Of a DNA stretch of 64,000 nucleotides, positions 18,055-28,468 are shown piece by piece (the stretch's first letter is position 1; the number at the start of each line of letters is the position of its first letter). The stretch lies in assembly GCA_043809315.1 (NCBI GenBank), contig JAZDDX010000039.1:43918-107917 (forward strand), read 5' to 3'. The position numbers were made by a program, and so were the translations under genes. The notes beneath the pieces were generated by a model. The model was given only the letters and a program-made list of their open reading frames with translations, made no database searches and had not been told where the DNA came from. Origin of the DNA: Pseudomonadota bacterium. Lineage in GTDB: Bacteria > Bdellovibrionota_G > JALEGL01 > DATDPG01.

Positions 18055-19047
18055 ATGAGCCTCCGAACGCTTCTCATCGGCCTCGCTCTCGTTCTGATCA
18101 CCGGCACGGTCGGTTTTCATTTTCTCGAGCATCAAACGTACTTGGACGCTTTCTACATGACGGCGGTAACGGTCACGACGGTCGGGTTCACAAACGCAAC
18201 GGAGCTCACCCCCTACGGGAAGATCTTCCAGGTTCTGATTCTTTTTGCGGGGTTCGGCGTCGCCTTCGCCGCCCTCTCGCAGCTCGCAGCCTCCCTCTTT
18301 CGGGGAGAGCTCCAACAGGTGTTAGGGAGAAGACGTATGGAACAAGAGATCCGGAACATGAAGGACCATTACATCCTCTGCGGCCTCGGTCGCGTGGGGC
18401 ACGTCATCGCCGAGGAGTTTTTCAACCGGGAGATCCCGTTCGTGATCGTCGACAAGGATCCGGAAACGGTGCGGGGGATGACGAAGCTGGGGCAGTTCGC
18501 CTACGTCAAAGGGAATGCCGAGGAAGAAGAGGTTCTGAAATCGGCCGGGATCGCGAACGCGAGAGGGATTGTCGCGGCGGTCGGCTCCGACGCCGACAAC
18601 GCCTTTATCTGCATGACAGCCCGGTCCCTGAACCCGAAGCTCCGGGTCGTCACCCGGGCGACCGACCCGAAAAACATCACCAAGCTCAAATACGCCGGTG
18701 CGGACAAAGTGGTCTCCCCCTATTCGATCGCCGGAACCCGGATGGCGCAGACGATCCTGAACCCGAGCCTCGTCGACTTCATGGAGATCGCCGCGGATCA
18801 GAGCCGCTCCGATGTCGACATGGCCGACGTCGAGATCCCTCGGGATTCGGCGTACGACGGAATCCGTCTCGATCACGCGGAGATGAAAGACCTCGACGTG
18901 ATCATCATCGGAATCCACCGGGGCGACCAGGCGATGGATTTCCATCCCGCCGCCTCATCGGTGCTTCATAGCGGCGATCGTCTGGTTGCTGTCGGACGCC
19001 CCGACCACATCCAGCGGATGATCCAGCGCGCCTCGCAACGTCGTTGA
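18055..19047 (+). CDS. Potassium channel with TrkA-N/TrkA-C (RCK) domains
   Basis: Two TM helices with TTVGF filter, HYILCGLGRVG Rossmann motif, AGADKVVSPY, TrkA-C tail. Confidence 0.9.
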   Translation: MSLRTLLIGLALVLITGTVGFHFLEHQTYLDAFYMTAVTVTTVGFTNATELTPYGKIFQVLILFAGFGVAFAALSQLAASLFRGELQQVLGRRRMEQEIRNMKDHYILCGLGRVGHVIAEEFFNREIPFVIVDKDPETVRGMTKLGQFAYVKGNAEEEEVLKSAGIANARGIVAAVGSDADNAFICMTARSLNPKLRVVTRATDPKNITKLKYAGADKVVSPYSIAGTRMAQTILNPSLVDFMEIAADQSRSDVDMADVEIPRDSAYDGIRLDHAEMKDLDVIIIGIHRGDQAMDFHPAASSVLHSGDRLVAVGRPDHIQRMIQRASQRR

Positions 19048-19071
19048 CGCGGCTGATCCATGTCATATCCT
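19044..19071 (+). promoter_or_regulatory. Possible sigma-70 promoter of the iorAB operon
   Basis: TTGACG-N16-TATCCT upstream of GAGG RBS and ATG 19105. Confidence 0.4.
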
Positions 19072-19104
19072 GCCGCGGCCGAACCAATTAACCAGAGGCG
19101 CGTC

Positions 19105-20706
19105 ATGAGAAAAGCTGCGATTTTGTTGGGAGATGAAGCGATCGCCCTTGGGGCGATCCACGCCGGAATCTCGGGAGTTTACGGGTATCCGGGAACCCCT
19201 TCGACCGAGATCTTCGAAGCGATCGAATCGTTCGACCGGGATAAAAAAATCCACGCCCGCTGGTCGACGAATGAGAAGGTGGCGTACGAGCAGGCGCTCG
19301 GCATGAGCTTTGCCGGGAAACGGGCCCTGGTCACGATGAAGCATGTCGGCTTGAACGTCGCAGCCGACCCGTTCATGAACTCCGCGGTCACTGGGGTTCA
19401 AGGTGGGTTGGTCCTCGCGGTCGCCGACGATCCCGGGATGCACTCGAGCCAGAACGAACAGGACTCCCGCTTCTACGCCCAGTTCGCCATGATCCCCTGC
19501 CTGGAACCGGGGGACCAGCAGCAGGCGTACGACATGATGCTTGGGGCGTTCGATCTCTCGGAAAAACACAATGTGCCGGTCATGCTGAGGCTCGTCACCC
19601 GCCTAGCGCATTCGCGAGCGAACATCCGGGTTCTCGAGCGCGGCCGAGAGATGCATTCCGTCCCCCTCGCCGAGGACTGGAAGAAGTGGACGCTCCTTCC
19701 CGTCAACGCCCGGCGGAACTTCGACAAGTTGATCGCCGCGCAGAAGAGTCTTCTGAAAGAGAGCGAGGAGAGCTCCGACAACCGGCTCCGGTTTGCGAAC
19801 AACTTTCGCCGAGGGATCCTGATGAGCGGAATCGCCGCGAACTACGTCTACGAGAACCTCGGAAGCGATCTCGCCGGCTACTCGACCCTCCATGTCTGCC
19901 AGTACCCTGCACCGACCGCTCTCGTCCGGAAGTTGGTCGACTCCATTGACGAGCTCCTGATCGTCGAGGAAGGGTACCCTCTCCTCGAACAACAGTTGAC
20001 CGGTCTTCTCGGCCTCAAGGACGTCAAAGTCCGCGGAAAACTCAACGGGGCGCTTCCGCGAACCGGGGAACTCAACCCCGACTTGGTGCGCACGGCTCTC
20101 GATCTTCCGCCGCGGGAAAAATTGCCACTTCCGCCGAATCTAGCCGGCCGCCCCCCCCAGCTCTGTAGCGGCTGTCCGCACGACGCCACATTTCACGCGC
20201 TCAAAGAGGCACTGGAGACCTTCGGGCGGGGACGGGTCTTCAGCGATATCGGCTGTTACACGCTGGCCGCCCTCCCCCCGCACGATATCGTCGAGAGCTG
20301 TGTCGACATGGGGGCGAGCATCTCGATGGCAACCGGCGCCTCTCACGCCGGCCTACGTCCTGCGGTCGCGGCGATCGGTGACTCGACCTTCGCGCACAGC
20401 GGGATGACACCGCTCCGGGATGCGGCCCGGGAGAACACGCCGGTCACGGTCGTGATCCTGGACAACGCCACCGTGGCGATGACCGGAACTCAAGAGAGCG
20501 CCGCGACGGGGGAGGAACTCCTGAACATCCTCTACGGTCTCGGAGCGCCGAAAGAGCACGTCCTCGCGATCGATCCTCTTCCGAAGAACCACAAGACGAA
20601 CGTCGAGATCTTCCGACGGGAACTCGCGCACGAGGGGTTGAGCGTGATCGTCGCCCACCGAGAGTGCCTCGAAGCGATCAAAAAATCCCGGAAAGGGAAG
20701 GCGTAA
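19105..20706 (+). CDS. iorA: Indolepyruvate:ferredoxin oxidoreductase alpha subunit (short form, no C-terminal ferredoxin domain)
   Basis: YPGTPSTE, NEKVA, MKHVGLNVAAD, DDPGMHSSQNEQD, RPPQLCSGCPH, DIGCY, GDSTFAHSG (TPP site). Confidence 0.92.
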   Translation: MRKAAILLGDEAIALGAIHAGISGVYGYPGTPSTEIFEAIESFDRDKKIHARWSTNEKVAYEQALGMSFAGKRALVTMKHVGLNVAADPFMNSAVTGVQGGLVLAVADDPGMHSSQNEQDSRFYAQFAMIPCLEPGDQQQAYDMMLGAFDLSEKHNVPVMLRLVTRLAHSRANIRVLERGREMHSVPLAEDWKKWTLLPVNARRNFDKLIAAQKSLLKESEESSDNRLRFANNFRRGILMSGIAANYVYENLGSDLAGYSTLHVCQYPAPTALVRKLVDSIDELLIVEEGYPLLEQQLTGLLGLKDVKVRGKLNGALPRTGELNPDLVRTALDLPPREKLPLPPNLAGRPPQLCSGCPHDATFHALKEALETFGRGRVFSDIGCYTLAALPPHDIVESCVDMGASISMATGASHAGLRPAVAAIGDSTFAHSGMTPLRDAARENTPVTVVILDNATVAMTGTQESAATGEELLNILYGLGAPKEHVLAIDPLPKNHKTNVEIFRRELAHEGLSVIVAHRECLEAIKKSRKGKA

Positions 20707-20707
20707 C

Positions 20708-21448
20708 ATGGAACAGAACATCATCTTATCCGGCGTCGGCGGACAGGGGATCCTGTCGATGTCGTACATGATCTGTCAGGCGGCCCTCGAGAAAAACTGG
20801 AACGTCAAGCAGTCGGAGGTCCACGGGATGGCCCAGCGTGGAGGGGCGGTCTCGAGCCACCTCCGGTTGTCCCCGAAACCGATCGCGAGCGATCTCATCG
20901 CCAAAGGGGACTGCACTCTCCTGATCTCGGTCGAACCGCTCGAAGCGACCCGGTATCTCGATTTTCTCGCCCCCACCGCCGCCGTCGTCACCAGCATGAC
21001 GCCGTACAAGAACATCCCCGACTACCCCGACCTCGCGAAGGTATGGGAGCAGCTCGACCGGGTTCACAATCTCGTCCCGATCGACGCCGAGCCGCTCGCG
21101 AAGAAAGCGGGAAGCTCTCTCGCTCAGAACACGGTACTCCTCGGGGCCGCCTCTCTCTTCCTCGATTTTCCGGCTGCCCTGCTGGAAGCGTGGCTTGAGA
21201 AGACCTGGAAGGCGAAAGGGGATCGCATCGTGGCGACCAACCTTGAGGCGTTCCGGAACGGACGGAAGATGGCGGCGTTTCTGAGCAGCCTTTCGGCCGA
21301 AAGCGCGCCGGCCGAGGGGATCCGATTCCTGTCGAAACAGGTGCCGATCGAGAAGGCCGATCCGGCCCGGGCGTCGTCCTGGACCGTGTTTCTCACGAAC
21401 CATCGTCCCGAATCCTGGGCGGAGAAAATCCAAGGACAACTGGCCTGA
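20708..21448 (+). CDS. iorB: Indolepyruvate:ferredoxin oxidoreductase beta subunit
   Basis: GVGGQG, SEVHGMAQRGGAV, N-x-VLLGA motifs. Confidence 0.92.
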   Translation: MEQNIILSGVGGQGILSMSYMICQAALEKNWNVKQSEVHGMAQRGGAVSSHLRLSPKPIASDLIAKGDCTLLISVEPLEATRYLDFLAPTAAVVTSMTPYKNIPDYPDLAKVWEQLDRVHNLVPIDAEPLAKKAGSSLAQNTVLLGAASLFLDFPAALLEAWLEKTWKAKGDRIVATNLEAFRNGRKMAAFLSSLSAESAPAEGIRFLSKQVPIEKADPARASSWTVFLTNHRPESWAEKIQGQLA

Positions 21449-21453
21449 CGACC

Positions 21454-23799
21454 GTGCCAAGGAACTTCGAAGCCCCCGATCGGATCCTCGAGCGGGCCCA
21501 AAAAGAGGGAAGAAACTTCCTTTTCGAGCACGAGGTATACGATCTCCTGAAGATCCTCGGGATCGGCTCGCCCGTGCCGTATCGCCTCCTGACCCCCCAA
21601 GAGGCGGCCACGAAAACGTTCTCCTCCTTCGCCGAAGAAGAGTACGTCCTCAAGATCGTCCACCCGCGGATTCTCCACAAGAGCGACGTCGGCGGCGTGC
21701 GCTTCGCCAAACGAGGACAGCTCGAGGAAACAACGCGGGCGATCCTCGCGGAGGTTCCCGGAACCTTCCTGGAAACACTTCTCGCCGACGGCAATCTTCC
21801 CGCGGAGTTTTCGCGCGCTTCCAAACGGGAGCTTTCGGACCGCTTGAAAGCGGAAACGGTCGGCGTCCTCGTGTTGCCGAAGGTCATCTCCTCTTCCGGA
21901 TTCGGGCGCGAACTTCTCTGCGGCCTCCGCGTGACCCGCGAATTCGGTCCGGTCTTGACCGTGGGACTGGGCGGCCTCGACACCGAACTTTTCGCGAAGA
22001 AGTTCCCGAAGGGGGAAGCCGCCGTGAGCACCAGCCCCGTCCTGACCGGAACCGATGCGCTCCGAGCCCTGTTCGAGGAAACCGTTTCGTTCCGAAAACT
22101 GACCGGACGGAGCCGCGATCGTGCCCGAACCGTCGAAGATGCCACGATCGAGACCCTGCTCGGACGGCTGCATACGATGGCGATCCACTATTCGCCGCTC
22201 AACCCGTCAGCCCGTTTCTGGATCGACGAGTTCGAGGTCAACCCGTTCCTCTTCTCGAGCGGCCGGGCGATCCCCGTCGACGGTCTCCTCAAGTTCCGCA
22301 AACCCTCCTCCCTCCCCCCCCACACGACGGTGGCGAAGCTCGACTCTCTCCTGTGCCCCAAGAACATCTGCGTGGTCGGCGTCTCCGCGAAAGGGATGAA
22401 CGTCGGACGGATCATCCTGAAAAACCTTCTGGAAGGGGGAATTTCCGCCGAACGGCTCGCCCTAATTCGCGAGGACGGTGCTCCGGTCGACGGGGTTGCG
22501 GCCTATCGCTCCGTCCCCACCCTCCCCTCCAAATTCGATCTAATGATCGTTTCGATCCCCGCAGCCGACGTTCCGCAGCTCCTGGAGGAGACGGTCCGGA
22601 ACGACAAGGCCGACTCGGTGATCCTCATCACCGGAGGGCTGGGGGAAACGACCGGGGGAAAGACGATCGAAAAAAGGATCCGCGAGATCCTTGCGGAAGG
22701 GAAACAGCAGCGCTCGCGCGGGCCGGTCCTCGTGGGGGGAAACTGCCTCGGGATCGTGAGCGGCCCCGGCGGGTACGACACCCTCTTCATCCCGGAGTCG
22801 CGGATGCCGCGGAACCGGTCGCTCCCGATGGGGAAGAACACCGCGATCTTGAGCCAGTCCGGAGCGTTCATGATCACCCGGATGAACCGGATGGGGAGTT
22901 TCGTCCCCCGATACGCGATCTCGACCGGAAACCAGGTTGACGTCGGCACCGCCGACTTCCTGGAACATCTCGTGACCGACGACGGAGTTCGGACGTTCGG
23001 ATGCTACATCGAGGGGTTCCGCGACCTGGAGGGGATCCGCTTCGCCCTGGCGGCCCAGGAAGCGGTTCGGAGCGGAAAAGAGGTGATCGTCTACAAGGCG
23101 GGGAGGACGAGCGCCGGGAAGAAAGCGGCTGGCGGACACACTGCTGCGGTCGCGGGGGATTGGGACATCGCCCGTGAAATCCTCTCGCAGGCCGGATGCA
23201 TCTTCGCCGAGTCGTTCGAGGAGTGGTCCGATCTCCTGATGCTCTCCTCGCTTCTGGCCAGGAAATCGGTCGGCGCGGGACGGATCGGCGCGATTTCGAA
23301 CGCCGGATGCGAGACCGTCGGCCTGGCCGACCGGACCGGGACCGGACGGGGGCTTCTCGAGCTCGCCCAGCTCAGCGAGTCTACCGTTTCGGAGCTCCGC
23401 GGGGTCCTGGAGCGCGCTCGGCTGACCGAGCTGCAGGAGGTCCGCAATCCGCTCGACTTGACCCCCATGGCGAACGATCGTGCCCATCTCGAGGCGCTTA
23501 AGGCGTTTCACGACGACCCGAACGTCGATCTCCTCGTCCATTCCTGCATCCCGATGACCTCCACGATCAAGGCGATCGATCCGACCGATCCAGAGGGGTA
23601 TGTCCGGATGCTGGTCTCCCTTCTCCCGCCGTTCGTCAAGCCGCTCGTTTGCGTGATCGATGCGGGAACATTGTACGATCCACTGGCCGACGCGCTCTTC
23701 AAAGCGGGGATCCCGGTTTTCCGGTCGATCGACCGGGCGGTGATGGCGCTCACACGATGGGCGACCCGACATCGGAGCTATCGTCCGAAAGGAGCGTAG
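21454..23799 (+). CDS. ADP-forming acyl-CoA synthetase (fused ATP-grasp + CoA-binding/ligase domains)
   Basis: VLKIVHPRILHKSDVGGV, EFGPVLTVGLGG, EVNP, GGNCLG, SQSGA, GHTAAVAG phospho-His, NPLDLT. Confidence 0.88.
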   Translation: MPRNFEAPDRILERAQKEGRNFLFEHEVYDLLKILGIGSPVPYRLLTPQEAATKTFSSFAEEEYVLKIVHPRILHKSDVGGVRFAKRGQLEETTRAILAEVPGTFLETLLADGNLPAEFSRASKRELSDRLKAETVGVLVLPKVISSSGFGRELLCGLRVTREFGPVLTVGLGGLDTELFAKKFPKGEAAVSTSPVLTGTDALRALFEETVSFRKLTGRSRDRARTVEDATIETLLGRLHTMAIHYSPLNPSARFWIDEFEVNPFLFSSGRAIPVDGLLKFRKPSSLPPHTTVAKLDSLLCPKNICVVGVSAKGMNVGRIILKNLLEGGISAERLALIREDGAPVDGVAAYRSVPTLPSKFDLMIVSIPAADVPQLLEETVRNDKADSVILITGGLGETTGGKTIEKRIREILAEGKQQRSRGPVLVGGNCLGIVSGPGGYDTLFIPESRMPRNRSLPMGKNTAILSQSGAFMITRMNRMGSFVPRYAISTGNQVDVGTADFLEHLVTDDGVRTFGCYIEGFRDLEGIRFALAAQEAVRSGKEVIVYKAGRTSAGKKAAGGHTAAVAGDWDIAREILSQAGCIFAESFEEWSDLLMLSSLLARKSVGAGRIGAISNAGCETVGLADRTGTGRGLLELAQLSESTVSELRGVLERARLTELQEVRNPLDLTPMANDRAHLEALKAFHDDPNVDLLVHSCIPMTSTIKAIDPTDPEGYVRMLVSLLPPFVKPLVCVIDAGTLYDPLADALFKAGIPVFRSIDRAVMALTRWATRHRSYRPKGA

Positions 23800-23801
23800 A
23801 G

Positions 23802-24704
23802 ATGCCAAAGGAAAGCTGCGCGTTGTCGGTCGATCTCGGCGGGACGAACCTCCGAGGGGCGGTCGTCGATCGGGACGGATCGATCCTGATCCGTCGGGAA
23901 GTCGGAAGCAGCAAAGGGGGGACCGCCGACCTCGCGGTGGAACAGATCTCCTCGTTCTGCGCCGATCTCATCCAGGAATCGCGCAAATCGCGGATCCGGA
24001 TCGAGGGGGTCGGCCTGGGTCTCGCCGGGTTCCTCGTCGGTCGGACCCGGATGCAGTTTTCGCCGAACCTTCCCCATCTGCTCGGTGTCGACATCGGTAC
24101 GCAGGTATCCAAAGCCGTCGGCCTTCCCTGTATCAGCGAGAACGATGGGAACTGCGCCGCACTCGGGGAATGGTGGATCGGGAGTGCTCGGGGGCACCGG
24201 AATGCGATCGTTCTCACACTCGGAACCGGCGTCGGCGGCGGGATCATCTCGGATGGGATCTTGTTGCGGGGAAGCCGGGGGGCGGGGGCCGAGGTCGGGC
24301 ATGTCTGCGTCGACCCGAGCGGCCCGCCCTGCGGATGTGGTTCGAACGGCTGCCTGGAGGTCTTCGCCTCCGGCGGCGCTTTTGCACGGGAAACCGGGAT
24401 TCCGGGCAACCGTCTGTTCGATGAAGCCCGACACGGAGACGAAACGGCGCTCTCCGCTTTCCGGAGGTTTGGACGTTACTTGGGGATCGGCATCTCGAGT
24501 TTTTGTTTTCTATTCGACCCGGAAATCATCGTGCTTGGAGGAAAAGTTGCCCGATCGGCCCAGTTCTTCCTGCCTGACACCCGAAGCGAAATCGGCCGGC
24601 GCTTGCGAAATCACCCCTCTCGCAACACCCCGATCGTAGTGGGAACACAGTTGGACGACGCGGGACTCCTAGGCGCCGCCTGGTTGGTTCTTAACCGCGC
24701 CTGA
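23802..24704 (+). CDS. glk: ROK-family glucokinase
   Basis: DLGGT, ENDGNCAALGE, TLGTGVGGG, AEVGH, CGCGSNGCLE zinc motif. Confidence 0.85.
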   Translation: MPKESCALSVDLGGTNLRGAVVDRDGSILIRREVGSSKGGTADLAVEQISSFCADLIQESRKSRIRIEGVGLGLAGFLVGRTRMQFSPNLPHLLGVDIGTQVSKAVGLPCISENDGNCAALGEWWIGSARGHRNAIVLTLGTGVGGGIISDGILLRGSRGAGAEVGHVCVDPSGPPCGCGSNGCLEVFASGGAFARETGIPGNRLFDEARHGDETALSAFRRFGRYLGIGISSFCFLFDPEIIVLGGKVARSAQFFLPDTRSEIGRRLRNHPSRNTPIVVGTQLDDAGLLGAAWLVLNRA

Positions 24705-24709
24705 GAAAC

Positions 24710-24907
24710 TCAGCGCCGCCCCAGCATCCTGTCGACTTTCTCCTCGGCCGCAAGCCAGTCTTGAACCGGATCTCCTCCGGAAAATCCACGACGCTCTGCG
24801 ATGAAATAGGCCGCTTCACAAATCATTCGGTAACGTTCTTCGGGAGTTAGTGTCACCCGGTACATGCTTGTTACATTCCCCTGCCGGTTCGTCGCCTTAT
24901 TGAACAT
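24710..24907 (-). CDS. DUF2934 family small protein
   Basis: ICEAAYFIAERRGF...DWLAAE signature; GGAGGT RBS before ATG 24907. Confidence 0.8.
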   Translation of the reverse strand: MFNKATNRQGNVTSMYRVTLTPEERYRMICEAAYFIAERRGFSGGDPVQDWLAAEEKVDRMLGRR

Positions 24908-25040
24908 CTCACCTCCGATTCGGATGCACTCTAACAAATGAAAGGAACGTGAACAACCGCCCTGATCGCGGTATAGTATTCAGCTCTTGAAGTTATGGAA
25001 CTTCTGAGGCGTAAGCCTGGGCAAGGAAAGGGGAAAGTCC

Positions 25041-26288
25041 ATGCCAACAAGTAGCAGTGGAGTCCTGTCCGTTGTTCTGGCGGGAGGGGAAGGGAAACGG
25101 CTGGGGCCGCTCACGCGAAAGCGTGCGAAACCGGCGATCCCGTTCGCCGGACAATACCGCCTGGTCGACTTCGTTCTGTCGAACCTGGTTCATTCCCACC
25201 TCCTCCGGATTCACGTTCTGACCCAATACCAATCCCATTCCCTGATCCGACACATCTCGCACGGGTGGTCGTTCTCGGCCCACCTCGGCCAGTACTGCGA
25301 GGTGATCCCGGCCCACTCCGGGGAGGGGAAGGGGTGGTACAAAGGGTCGGCCGACGCCCTCTATCAGAACCTCCGCCCGATGATGTCAAATCACCCGAAG
25401 ATCGTCGCGGTGTTCGGAGCCGACCACGTCTACCGGATGGATGTCCGCCAGATGATCAACGAACACCTCGAGTCGGGAGCCGACATCACCGTCGCCGTCG
25501 TTCCTCAGCCGATCGAAACCGCAAGTCGGTTCGGATGCATAACGGTCGACGACCAGATGCGGATCGTGAACTTCTTCGAAAAACCGGCGAACCCTCCGCC
25601 GTTCCCGAAGGATCCATCGAAGTCATTGATTTCGATGGGAAATTATCTATTCAACCTGGACGTCCTAAGGGAGGTGATCGAAACCGACCATTCCGACCCC
25701 GGAAGCCGGAACGACATCGGCGGCGACATCCTCCCGAAATGGGTCCAGAGGCTGAACGTTCATGCCTACAACTTCCTGGACAACAAGATCTCGGGGCAGA
25801 CGGTGGAGGAGTGTGGATACTGGCGCGACGTCGGAACGATCGAGGCGTACTGGAAGGCCTCCATGGATCTCGTCAGCGTCTCCCCGGTCTTCAACCTGTA
25901 CAACGCCGAATGGCCGATCTTGACGGCGAGTACGAATTACCCGCCCGCGAAGTTCGTCTTCGCGGACGAAGCGGCGAACCGGATCGGAATTTCGACCGAC
26001 TCGCTCGTCTCGAACGGTTGCATCATCTCCGGCGGTAAAATCGACCGCTGCGTTTTGGGCCCGGCGGTCCGGATCAATTCCTATTCGGAAGTCCGGAACT
26101 CGGTCCTCTTCGAGAACTGCGAGATCGGACGGCGCTGCAAGATCCAGAACACGATCGTCGAGAAAGGGGTCTTCGTACCGCCCGACACCCGGGTCGGATT
26201 CGACGAGGAGGAAGACCGGTCCCACGGAATCCACGTGGATGAGAGCGGGATTCGCGTGGTGGATCAGGAGACGGAGCTCCCGAAGTGA
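25041..26288 (+). CDS. glgC: Glucose-1-phosphate adenylyltransferase
   Basis: LAGGEGKRL..RAKPAIPFAG, WYKGSADA, FFEKP, SMGNY, YWRDVGT, hexapeptide C-domain. Confidence 0.95.
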   Translation: MPTSSSGVLSVVLAGGEGKRLGPLTRKRAKPAIPFAGQYRLVDFVLSNLVHSHLLRIHVLTQYQSHSLIRHISHGWSFSAHLGQYCEVIPAHSGEGKGWYKGSADALYQNLRPMMSNHPKIVAVFGADHVYRMDVRQMINEHLESGADITVAVVPQPIETASRFGCITVDDQMRIVNFFEKPANPPPFPKDPSKSLISMGNYLFNLDVLREVIETDHSDPGSRNDIGGDILPKWVQRLNVHAYNFLDNKISGQTVEECGYWRDVGTIEAYWKASMDLVSVSPVFNLYNAEWPILTASTNYPPAKFVFADEAANRIGISTDSLVSNGCIISGGKIDRCVLGPAVRINSYSEVRNSVLFENCEIGRRCKIQNTIVEKGVFVPPDTRVGFDEEEDRSHGIHVDESGIRVVDQETELPK

Positions 26289-28468
26289 AGCCGGTCTCCC
26301 TCTCCTTCCTCTGGCACATGCACCAGCCGATCTACCGGCTGCGGGGGCAGGATATCTGTTTCATGCCGTGGGTCCGCCTCCACGCCGTTCGGGCGTACTA
26401 CGACATGATCCGGGTTTTAGACGAGTTCCCGGCGGTCCGGGTGACAATGAACCTCGTCCCGTCGATGGTGGAACAGCTGATCGATTACAACGAAGGGGGC
26501 CGCGATATGTTCCAGCAGATCGGCTCCCTCGAGCCGGATGCGCTGGGGGAGGTAGAGCGGACGTTCCTCTTCGACAATTTTTTTTCGGCCCAGCTCGACC
26601 AGATGATCCGCCCGATCCCGCATTATGCGGAGCTCTTCGCCCGACGCCAGCAGGCGCGGCTCATCCGGGCGGCCGGGGACGCCTGGAAAGAGTTTTCCAC
26701 GCAGGATTATGTCGACCTGATCGCGCTCTTCAACCTCGCCTGGTTCGGGTTCAAGGCGCGGGAAGATTTTCCGTCGATCAACGCCCTCTTGCGAAAAGGG
26801 GGAAAGTTCACGGTCACGGAGATCCGTGAGATCCACGAAATCCAGTCTTCGATCCTTCGGAAGCTGATCCCTCTGTACCGGGAAAAACTCGAGCGGAAGC
26901 AGATCGAGATCTCCACCACGCCATACGCCCACCCGATCCTCCCCTTGATCACCAACAACGAATCGGCCCGCGAGTCGATGCCGAAGCATCCTCTCCCTCC
27001 CCTGTTCCGGTATCCGCAGGATGCCCGGAGGCAGGTCTCCGACGGCCTCGATCTGATCGAGAAAGTCTTCGGGAAGCGTCCGATCGGGATCTGGCCCTCG
27101 GAAGGGTCTTTAAGCCAGGAAGTGGTCGAGATGCTGGCCGCCGCCGGCCTCCAATGGACGGCGACCGACGAAGGGAACCTCCATCGGTCCGACCGCGACG
27201 CCCCGCCGAATCACCACCACCTGTGGGAAACGACGACACCGACCGGCGCCCTGAAACTCGTCTTCCGGGACCGGGAACTCTCCGACCGGATCGGATTCAC
27301 GTACCAGACCCGGGATCCGCGTGAAGCCGCTCGGGATTTCGTCGACACGATCCTCGCCAAGTGCGCACCGGACCGGGAGCACAAAGACTTCGTCCTGGTG
27401 GCGCTCGACGGGGAGAACCCCTGGGAACATTACCCGTTCGCCGGCGCCCTCTTCCTCCGCGCGCTCTACTCCGAGATCACGCAGCGGAAAGAGGTGACCG
27501 CCGTTCCGGTCGGGGAACTCATCGCATCCACCGGCACGAAGAAGAAACTCCGGCACGTTCATGCCGGCAGTTGGATCAACACCGATTTCGGGATCTGGAT
27601 CGGCGGACCGGAGAAAAACCAGGCCTGGAGCATCCTCGGACGGGTGCGGGAGGAGCTGTCGGCCGATCTCGACGCCCCCGCCGCGGACGATCCCCGGCGG
27701 ATCGATGCGTGGAAATCGATCCGCGCCGCCGAGGGGAGCGATTGGTTTTGGTGGCTCGACGGGCAGTTCACGAACAGCTACCGCGAGCAGTTCGACGAGA
27801 CGTTCCGCAATCACCTGCAACAGGCGTACGAGGCGCTCGACCTTCCCGTGCCGAATTTTCTCGAATGGTTCATCCCCTCGACCCGGGTCCTCTCGGAGGG
27901 GGTTCACGGGGAGCCGTTCGAGTGGCTCGCTCCCGCGGTCGACGGATTCGAGTCGGATCTTTTCGAATGGCACGGGGCGATCCGTCTCCCCTGGAAGAGC
28001 CTGAGCATCGGATCCCAGCTCCGCCGCCCGCTGAAGCCGTTCTCGATTCTCTGGATCGGTTTCTCGTGCGACCAGAAACTCTATCTCCGCATCGATCCGG
28101 AGAAACTCGGGGACGGGTCCCCGTTCCAGGGGATGAGGATCGAGATGTCGTTCAACTGCGCCGGCCGGGTCCGTAAGATCCGCGTCCAGCTCGATCCGAA
28201 AGGAGATCTTTCCGAAGCGACGGCAATCGACGGTTTGCCGGAAGGGAACGGTTCGGTCGAGCCCGCCGGGCTGCGTTCCGAGAGCAGGGCGGTTGCCCGG
28301 AAGATTCTCGAAATCTCCGTCCCCTGCCGGGAAGCGGGGCTGACGCCGGATCAACCGGCGGTGATGATCCTCAACCTGGAGAGCGCCTCGGTCGACGTGC
28401 AGGTCCGCGAGATCCGCATCAAGCTTCCGAGCGATCACTCGATGATCGACAGCGCGGGGGTCGAATGA
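26285..28468 (+). CDS. GH57 glycoside hydrolase, amylopullulanase-like
   Basis: WHMHQP, PWVRLHA, PYAHPILPL, WPSEG nucleophile, ALDGENPWE acid/base, AEGSDWFWW. Confidence 0.88.
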   Translation: MKPVSLSFLWHMHQPIYRLRGQDICFMPWVRLHAVRAYYDMIRVLDEFPAVRVTMNLVPSMVEQLIDYNEGGRDMFQQIGSLEPDALGEVERTFLFDNFFSAQLDQMIRPIPHYAELFARRQQARLIRAAGDAWKEFSTQDYVDLIALFNLAWFGFKAREDFPSINALLRKGGKFTVTEIREIHEIQSSILRKLIPLYREKLERKQIEISTTPYAHPILPLITNNESARESMPKHPLPPLFRYPQDARRQVSDGLDLIEKVFGKRPIGIWPSEGSLSQEVVEMLAAAGLQWTATDEGNLHRSDRDAPPNHHHLWETTTPTGALKLVFRDRELSDRIGFTYQTRDPREAARDFVDTILAKCAPDREHKDFVLVALDGENPWEHYPFAGALFLRALYSEITQRKEVTAVPVGELIASTGTKKKLRHVHAGSWINTDFGIWIGGPEKNQAWSILGRVREELSADLDAPAADDPRRIDAWKSIRAAEGSDWFWWLDGQFTNSYREQFDETFRNHLQQAYEALDLPVPNFLEWFIPSTRVLSEGVHGEPFEWLAPAVDGFESDLFEWHGAIRLPWKSLSIGSQLRRPLKPFSILWIGFSCDQKLYLRIDPEKLGDGSPFQGMRIEMSFNCAGRVRKIRVQLDPKGDLSEATAIDGLPEGNGSVEPAGLRSESRAVARKILEISVPCREAGLTPDQPAVMILNLESASVDVQVREIRIKLPSDHSMIDSAGVE

